Source: Macrostomum hystrix (lineage: Eukaryota > Animalia > Platyhelminthes). From it: a stretch of 64,000 nt of DNA. Positions within the stretch are counted from its first letter, which is position 1, and each line of letters opens with the position of its first letter. Location of the stretch: contig CATNEN010000002.1 in the NCBI GenBank assembly GCA_950097015.1, positions 2,046,001 to 2,110,000 of the forward strand, read 5' to 3'. This document shows, one piece after another, positions 56,560-64,000 of this stretch. The notes under the pieces are model-generated. The model did not search any database. It saw nothing but the letters and a program-made list of their open reading frames with translations, and was not told where the DNA came from. The translations under genes were made by a program, and so were the position numbers.

Positions 56560-59500
56560 TCACAGCAGAGTACAGGTTCGCTTAGCAACTAAAAACCGAG
56601 GCCCGCCAACAGCATTAGCGACCACATTCTCGGCGACGTGACTAGGTTGAGCGTCGGGCTGATCGTCCTGCGTTAGAATGACGGGCTCCTCCAGGTCAGC
56701 AAGGTTGACTCCGGCGCCAACGCCGACACTCTCCGAAGCCATGGTCGAGTCGGAGCCGCCGCCGACGCAGCAGCGCCGCGGCGTGACGCACAGAAAATCG
56801 GGCACTCCTCGCCCGACGCTGTCCGAGTCGGCATCGGCGGCATCGTGCTCGGCTACGTTGGCAGCATCAGCGGAATCGCCGACAAAGCAAGACCTACGAA
56901 CCAATAATAAACGACGTCGTTTAGACTCGTCAAATTCGTGGGCTTGTCGTCGACTGTCGTCAGTTTGATCGTTAACGAAGGCCGTCAGCGCGGAGGACGA
57001 GGAAGCTGTTGTCGCTGACGCCGTCACCTCTTGGCGCCTTTTGCGGTCGAGGCGACGTTCGAATCTGGACAATTGGTTTGGCACAGATTTGCAGATGGAG
57101 TCAACGATTGAGGGACACACAGGCACACAGAACAGACACACCAAGGACAGGCAGACACTTAGCACAGACAGACACTTAGGACAGACAGACACACAGAACA
57201 GACACCTGGGACAGGCAGACACTTAGGACAGACAGACACATAGGACAGACAGACACATAGGACAGACAGACACATAGGACAGACAGACACATAGGACAGA
57301 CAGACACATAGGACAGACAGACACATAGGACAGACAGACACATAGGACAGGCAGTCGCACGCAGACCTGGCAAACTGAGCACCCCGCATCGGCCTCTTGG
57401 CGCTGCTCTCCTTGCGCAGACTCTGCCTATCAGCCAGCACGCGCCTGACGGCGGCTTCAATGGCGGCTAGCCAAGCCTCGGCTTCGTCGGAGTCGGGGCA
57501 GAAGAGCAGCAGTCGCTGGGTGCGGCAGGTGACGCAGAACAGGCTGGGCGCTCCGGCTTCGAAGAGTCGCTCAACTCGGCAATGGTGCAGCGGGAATACC
57601 GAGCAGCATACGGAGTCGGGCGGAGGGCGAGCGTAGAGCAGAATGTCGGTGAAGAGCATCACGTCTCTGTGGATGAAAGAGCGTACAGTAGCGGACAATA
57701 GATAATCATAAAAATAACTGTAACTGTAACTGATTACACGCGCCTCAATGGGCCAGACCTGGACGCGCAGCCGACAGCACAGCCGCAGCTATTCCGCAGC
57801 GCATCTGAAGGCTGCCTACGGTTCAGTCCATGGACCGAGAGAGACGCCACACCCACTGATGCTGGTACCCATTTAACAGGACATAGCTTGTTCCAGCGTA
57901 GGCAGGAATCGAACCCCCGACCTTCAAGTCGTGAGTCCGACGCCCTAACCATTAAGCTACAACTCTGACCAATAAGCTACAACCCCCAAGGGGTTTTTAG
58001 AGAATTTTAAAATCTTAACAGCAACAATATAAGCAAAACAAGATTTAAAAGTTCAGGGATTTAAAATATCACCCTAGACCATAACAACGAGTAAAGAGAG
58101 AAACCTAGGAAAGTAGAGAGCGGAAACTAGGTAAGTAGAGAGCGGAAACTAGGAAAGAAGAGAGCGGAAACTAGGAAAGTAGAGAGCGGAAACTAGGTAA
58201 GTAGAGAGCGGAAACTAGGAAAGTAGAGAGCGGAAACTAGGAAACTAGGAAAGTAGGGAGCGGAAACTAGGAAAGTAGGGAGCGGAAACTAAGAAAGTAG
58301 GGAGCGGAAACTAGGAAAGTAGGGAGCCGATACTATTGAATCTTTACTTATTCTAACCATACAGAAATGTCTCAAATCACTAGAAACTAGGTGACTTAGA
58401 ATAGCAGGCTAGGCGTTGCTATAGAAACCAAAGGGAGAGAGACAGAAAGGGTGAGCTATCTGGAGGCATAAAGTACTGGAAGCAAAGCATAAAAAGCACC
58501 GGCAGTGTTGGAGGAGAGGACTCAAAACACCCACCCAGCCAAAACCCGTCACCCAACTAGACCAGATAGTCTAGAGCTAGTCGGTTAGCAGGCCGCATAG
58601 CAGCTAGAAAGCAGCCAGGCAGTCCGTTGCTATGCGCACAATTTTTTTAGAACTAAAGCGCTTTGTCTGTCGAAACCATGTACGATGAAAATATTCTATC
58701 TAATCTAGGTTTTGCTTAGCAAAGCCCGTAGACTGAATTTGATTTCAGAATCAATTCATCAATTCCCAGGGCAGAGAGGGGAGAGAAGGGAAGAGAAAAG
58801 TTATAGAGCAAAGAGGATAGAAATAAGGGGAGAGAGGAAAGAGGGGAGAAGGAATGGACGACAGGGAAGAGGGTAGAGTAAGGAAAAGAGGGAAGGGGAG
58901 ACAGGGAAGAGGAGAGAGGAAAGAGGAGAGAGGGAAGGGGAGGATAAAGGTAAGGGGAGAAAGGGAAGAGGGGAGGGGAGAGAGGGAGCGAGAGAGGGAA
59001 GGTATAGAGATGAAGAGAAACAGGAAAAGAAGCCTCACCTGTCCCTGGCCTGTCCGCCCGCCCTGTCCACCTTCTTGAGCAGGCCTCGTTTGAGCAGCGC
59101 CCGTCCAGGAGCCAACAGCTTCGGAGCGCCGCTCAGCGACCTCTGCACAGCCAGCAGCTCCTCGGCGCTCTGCTGCGAGCGGACGGTGTCGTTGATGTGG
59201 CGAGCCACCTCGGCCACCTGTGCCGCGCTGCGCTGCAGTGTGGAATAGTCCGGATGTCCGGTGGGGGTGCAGCGGAGCAGCTGGGTGAGCAGCAGCTCGT
59301 ATCTGCAGGGTTGGGGGTGGGGCAGCTCATCTTGAATTGAACGCGGAAATCAGAGTTCTCTCTAAAATCCAAAAAATTTTTATCAATTGCATAATATAAT
59401 ACAAAATATAATTAAAAAATTACTTATTACCCCCAAATCTAAAATATTTAAGTAACTCCCTAAAGATCAGAAGTGTAAAATCCTCAATCCCACAAAATAG

Positions 59501-62314
59501 TACAAAATTTAAACAAAAATTCTCCCATTACATTCCACAAATGTAAAAAATTCCCAATCACACAGAAATGAAAAATCCTCATCAATCACAAAAAATCCTC
59601 AATCACACAGAAATAAAAAATCCTCATCAATCACAAAAACTCCTCATCAATCACAAAGAAATAAAAAATCCTCATCAATCACAAAGAAATAAAAACTCCT
59701 CATCAATCACAAAGAAATAAAAACTCCTCATCAATCACAAAGAAATAAAAAATCCTCATCAATCACAAAGAAATAAAAAATCCTCATCAATCACAAAGAA
59801 ATAAAAAATCCTCATCAATCACAAAGAAATAAAAAATCCTCATCAATCACAAAGAAATAAAAAATCCTCATCAATCACAAAGAAATAAAAAATCCTCATC
59901 AATCACAAAGAAATAAAAACTCCTCATCAATCACAAAGAAATAAAAACTCCTCATCAATCACAAAGAAATAAAAAATCCTCATCAATCACAAAGAAATAA
60001 AAAATCCTCATCAATCACAAAGAAATAAAAAATCCTCATCAATCACAAAGAAATAAAAAATCCTCATCAATCACAAAGAAATAAAAAATCCTCATCAATC
60101 ACAAAGAAATAAAAAATCCTCATCAATCACAAAGAAATAAAAACTCCTCATCAATCACAAAGAAATAAAAACTCCTCATCAATCACAAAGAAATAAAAAA
60201 TCCTCATCAATCACAAAGAAATAAAAAATCCTCATCAATCACAAAGAAATAAAAACTCCTCATCAATCACAAAGAAATAAAAAATCCTCATCAATCACAA
60301 AGAAATAAAAAATCCTCATCAATCACAAAGAAATAAAAACTCCTCATCAATCACAAAGAAATAAAAAATCCTCATCAATCACAAAAAATCCTCAATCACA
60401 TAGAAATAAAAAATCTTCATTAATACCACAGAAAAAAATCCTCAATTCCACAGAAGACCCAATCATAAAAAATCCTCAATTACACAGAAAAAATCCTCAT
60501 AAATCACACTATCATCGAAAATCCTGATTCTAAAAAGTCGAAATATTAATTTCTCACTTAAACTGAAAATCCCAATGACAAAAAAAGAAAATCCTTAATC
60601 TCACCGAATTAAAAATCCCTCATCCAACTAAAATCGAAAATCCCCAATAATACTAAAAATAAAAAACTCCCAAATCCCACCTAACTAGAAAATTTACCTG
60701 GGCACTCGTTGAACGGGCATAATTAGCAGCGCATTTAATTGCATCTGCACCTCGGGTCTTGACTCGGCCCGTCTAACAAAGCCTGCCAGCCTGGTACTAT
60801 TGGCTAGCTGGCGCTCCAGAATCGCCTGAGCTCGCATATGGTGCCTGGCGTACACTGAGTAGATCTTCAGGTACGGAGCCAGCTGGCAGAATGCATGCGC
60901 CGGACCAATGAAATTGGATTCAATGTACTTCTGCTGCTGCTGCTGCTGCTGCCGCTGAAGTAGTTCTAGCAGCTCTCTAGATAGATTAGGACTTTATGTT
61001 TTAATAAAAAGTGGGTTAATGGGAGATTCTAGGGTTGGGTCAATGGGAAATTTCTGTGATGGGTCAATGGGAGATTTCTGTGATGGGTCAATGGGAGATT
61101 TCTGTGATGGGTCAATGTGAGATTTCTGTGATGGGTCAATGGGAGATTTCTGTGATGGGTCAATGGGAGATTTCTCTGGTGGTTCAATCGGAGATTTCTA
61201 TTGTGGATCAGATGGAATCTCTTACTTAGGATAGGAAACATTTTGCTGATATTTAAATATACATAAAAATATTTTTAATTTCAAAATAATTTCTATTTGA
61301 TCTACAAAGTAGTAACGGCAGCACATCTTAGTAGTGCGTTAGGAAGACTGTCTGACATTTAAGTTTAATTAGGGAGAGGAAAATCTAATCTGAGGACCAA
61401 TAGTTAGATAGTATACAGTGGAAATATACTAAAAGGGAGCGGAAACAGGGAGAGTAGGGAGCAGAAACTGGTATAGTAGAGAGCGGAAAATGAAATAGTA
61501 GAGAGCGGAAAGTATAAGAAAAGGAAGCGGAAAAAATGAAAGTAGGGAGCGGAAACTAGGAGAGTAGGGAGCGGAAACTGGGAGAGTAGGGAGCGGAAAC
61601 TGGGAGAGTAGGGAGCGGAAACTGGGAGAGTAGGGAGCGGAAACTGGGAGAGTAGGGAGCGGAAACTGGAAGAGTAGGGAGCGGAAACTGGGAGAGTAGG
61701 GAGCGGAAACTGGGAGAGTAGGGAGCGGAAACTGGGAGAGTAGGGAGCGGAAACTGGGAGAGTAGGGAGCGGAAACTGGGAGAGTAGGGAGCGGAAACGG
61801 GAAGAGTAGGGAGCGGAAACTGGGAGAGTAGGGAGCGGAAACTGGGAGAGTAGGGAGCGGAAACTGGGAGAGTAGGGAGCGGAAACTGGAAGAGTAGGGA
61901 GCGGAAACTGGGAGAGTAGGGAGCGGAAACTGGGAGAGTAGGGAGCGGAAACTGGGAGAGTAGGGAGCGGAAACTGGGAGAGTAGGGAGCGGAAACTGGG
62001 AGAGTAGGGAGCGGAAACTGGGAGAGTAGGGAGCGGTAAAAAATAAACTGGAAGCAGTACCTATTAAGCTGAACAATCTGGCTTAAGTTGCCAAACACAG
62101 CAGCGTGAGCATCGCTGGGCATTAGATCCTCACTTAGTCGCAATGGCGCCTCAAAATATCTCGTCAGCAGCCGCAGGTATCGCAGGTATTTCTCCTCGGA
62201 TTCGAGAAGTTCGCCGACGATGCGAGATCGACGCGTCGCTAGCGACGGCGAGTCGCCAGTTACAACATCGTCGAGAGCCTCCGCCGACTGGGGCGACGAT
62301 GGCAGCGAGAGAGA
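56560..62314 (-). CDS. ARHGEF39: ARHGEF39-like DH-PH Rho guanine nucleotide exchange factor with a long tail ending in CTLL (CaaX); first exon not identified
   Basis: Phase-compatible exons 62314-62061, 60976-60698, 59302-59039, 57666-57367, 57064-56560. DH motifs RSRIVGELLESEEKYLRYL, APYLKIYSVYA, LLIMPVQRVPRYELLL, VAEVARHIND; PH motifs LLAPGRALLKRGLLKKV, MLFTDILLYA, AEAWLAAI. Confidence 0.85.
57110..57350. repeat. 20-bp ACAG-type minisatellite (RhoGEF intron)
   Basis: gacagacagacacataggac-type units. Confidence 0.85.
57730..57960 (-). mobile_element. SINE family 1 copy
   Basis: Minus head GTAGCTTAATGGTTAGGGCGTCGGACTCACGACTTGAAGGTCGGGGGTTCGATTCC followed by the body shared with 19495-19800. 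Confidence 0.8.
58100..58330. repeat. 22-bp minisatellite (RhoGEF intron), same family as 56270 and 61430
   Basis: gtagagagcggaaactaggaaa units. Confidence 0.85.
58765..59030. repeat. Polypurine (GA-rich) tract
   Basis: Almost exclusively G and A on the plus strand. Confidence 0.8.
59560..60480. repeat. 28-bp minisatellite (RhoGEF intron)
   Basis: aatcacaaagaaataaaaaatcctcatc units. Confidence 0.95.
61030..61200. repeat. 24-bp minisatellite (RhoGEF intron)
   Basis: gggtcaatgggagatttctgtgat units; core shared with 62345-63720. Confidence 0.85.
61430..62040. repeat. 22-bp minisatellite (RhoGEF intron)
   Basis: gtagggagcggaaactgggaga units. Confidence 0.95.
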
Positions 62315-62344
62315 CTGGAGTGGGATGATGCAAGCATTGCAATA

Positions 62345-63720
62345 TGGGAGAATGGGAAATTTCTAGATCCAGTCAATGGAAGACTTCTACATCTAACCAA
62401 TGGGACATTTCTAGGTCCAGTCAATGGGAGATTTTGAATCTCCCTATTGAATGGGATATTTCTTACTCTATTTAATAGGATATTTTTAGATCTAGTCAAT
62501 GGGAGATTTCTAGATCTATTGAATGGGATATTTTTAGATCCAGTCAATGGGAGATTTTGAATCTGCCTATTGAATGGGATATTTCTTACTCTATTTAATA
62601 GGATATTTTTAGATCCAGTCAATGGGAGATTTCTAGATCTATTAAATGGGATATTTTTAGATCTAGTCAATGGGAGATTTCTAGATCTATTGAATGGGAT
62701 ATTTTAGATCCAGTCAATGGGAGATTTCTAGATCTATTAAATGTGATATTTTTAGATCTAGTCAATGGGAGATTTCTAGATCTATTGAATGGGATATTTT
62801 AGATCCAGTCAATGGGAGATTTCTAGATCATTGAATGGGATATTTTAGATCCAGTCAATGGGAGATTTCTAGATCTATTGAATGGGATATTTCTAGGTCT
62901 AGTCAATGGGATATTTTTAGGGCTAGTCAATGGGAGATTTCTTTGTCTATTCAATAGGAGATTCTAGATCTATTTAATGGGAGATTTTTTAATCAAGTTA
63001 ATGGGAGATTTCTAGATCTATTTAATGGGAGATTTTTTAATCAAGTTAATGGGAGATTTCTAGATCTATTTCATGGGAGATTTTTTAATCAAGTTAATGG
63101 GAGATTTCTAGATCTATTTCATGGGAGATTTTTTAATCAAGTCAATGGGAGATTTCTAGTTCTATTTAATGGGAGATTTTTTAATCAAGTTAATGGGAGA
63201 TTTCTAGATCTATTTCATGGGAGATTTTTTAATCAAGTTAATGGGAGATTTCTAGATCTATTTCATGGGAGATTTTTTAATCAAGTCAATGGGAGATTTC
63301 TAGTTCTATTTAATGGGAGATTTTTTAATCAAGTTAATGGGAGATTTCTCTAGTTCTATTTAATGGGAGATTTTTTATCAAGTTAATGGGAGATTTCTAG
63401 ATCTATTTCATGGGAGATTTTTTAATCAAGTCAATGGGAGATTTCTAGTTCTATTTAATGGGAGATTTTTTAATCAAGTTAATGGGAGATTTCTAGTTCT
63501 ATTTAATGGGAGATTTTTTAATCAAGTTAATGGGAGATTTCTCTAGTTCTATTTAATGGGAGATTTTTTAATCAAGTCAATGGGAGATTTCTAGTTCTAT
63601 TTAATGGGAGATTTTTTAATCAAGTTAATGGGAGATTTCTAGTTCTATTTAACGGGAGATTTTTTAATCAAGTTAATGGGAGATTTCTAGATCTATTGAA
63701 TTGGATATTTCTAGGTCTAG
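62345..63720. repeat. Composite minisatellite built on tcaatgggagatttctagatcta (RhoGEF upstream intron)
   Basis: Core aatgggagattt recurs about every 23-26 bp; dimeric units of about 48 bp after 62950. Confidence 0.9.
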
Positions 63721-64000
63721 TCTAGTGGAAAGTTTTACGTCAAGTCCATAGGATATTTACATGTTTGTAAATAACTAAAAAAGACAAAGAATGTCATAAA
63801 ATTAAGATGAGCCTCTAAAATTTCAAATCTGGGACAAAAATGAATCCAAAAGTGTATTTGCACAAGAAACTGTTTAGCGTGTTCATTAAGAAACTTGCTG
63901 AAGAATAAATTTAGTGAGAAAAAAATGAAATTATCGCAAAGCAATTAAACAAATCATATTAATGAGCTTTATTGACACATTCAGAAGCAATAAGAATCTA

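Noticed and set aside
57895-57960. tRNA-like sequence (also about 19735-19800 and 6475-6540)
   Set aside because: There is no intact acceptor stem, and each is fused to a shared downstream body; these are SINE heads, not tRNA genes.
31644-62314. Functional clustering of membrane-signalling genes (SH2 adaptor, CaaX proteins, RhoGEF, mini-Crumbs)
   Set aside because: No shared regulatory evidence or operon-like spacing is visible; adjacency alone is not evidence in an animal genome.
32560-63720. Consistent purine bias of intronic minisatellites on the sense strand
   Set aside because: Counter-examples exist (52420-53400 and 61430-62040 are pyrimidine-rich on the sense strand).
63735-63944. 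Candidate first exon of the RhoGEF (MDLT|gtaaaa)
   Set aside because: It would end in phase 2, but the exon at 62314 starts in phase 0.

Overview
Eukaryotic (animal) genomic DNA with GT-AG introns, GC-rich exons and introns packed with minisatellites; the style suggests a flatworm such as Macrostomum, which is inference and not established. Left third (about 0.9-19.4 kb): a cluster of intronless 'mini-Crumbs' genes (signal peptide, 1 laminin-G, 3 EGF, TM). They form a head-to-head pair: a tail-less gene on minus, and a gene with a Crumbs-like FERM-motif tail on plus. The pair was recently duplicated; the second copy carries an RTE LINE, a second LINE with a nested 2.1-kb insertion, and a truncated partner. 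The two tail-less paralogs are near-identical except for one hypervariable 49-aa laminin-G patch. Middle: a complete 9-exon Hsp110 gene (845 aa) with a perfect upstream heat-shock element and a Merlin-like transposon in intron 1. It is followed by a PH + Tyr-motif + two or three atypical SH2-domain adaptor gene. Right: two tandem paralogs of an unnamed protein (N-terminal PY motifs, four internal modules, C-terminal CaaX in one copy), and an ARHGEF39-like DH-PH RhoGEF ending in CaaX. Two tRNA-derived SINE families and more than 20 minisatellite arrays are present. Gene models were assembled by hand from splice sites and reading-frame continuity; repeat boundaries are approximate.
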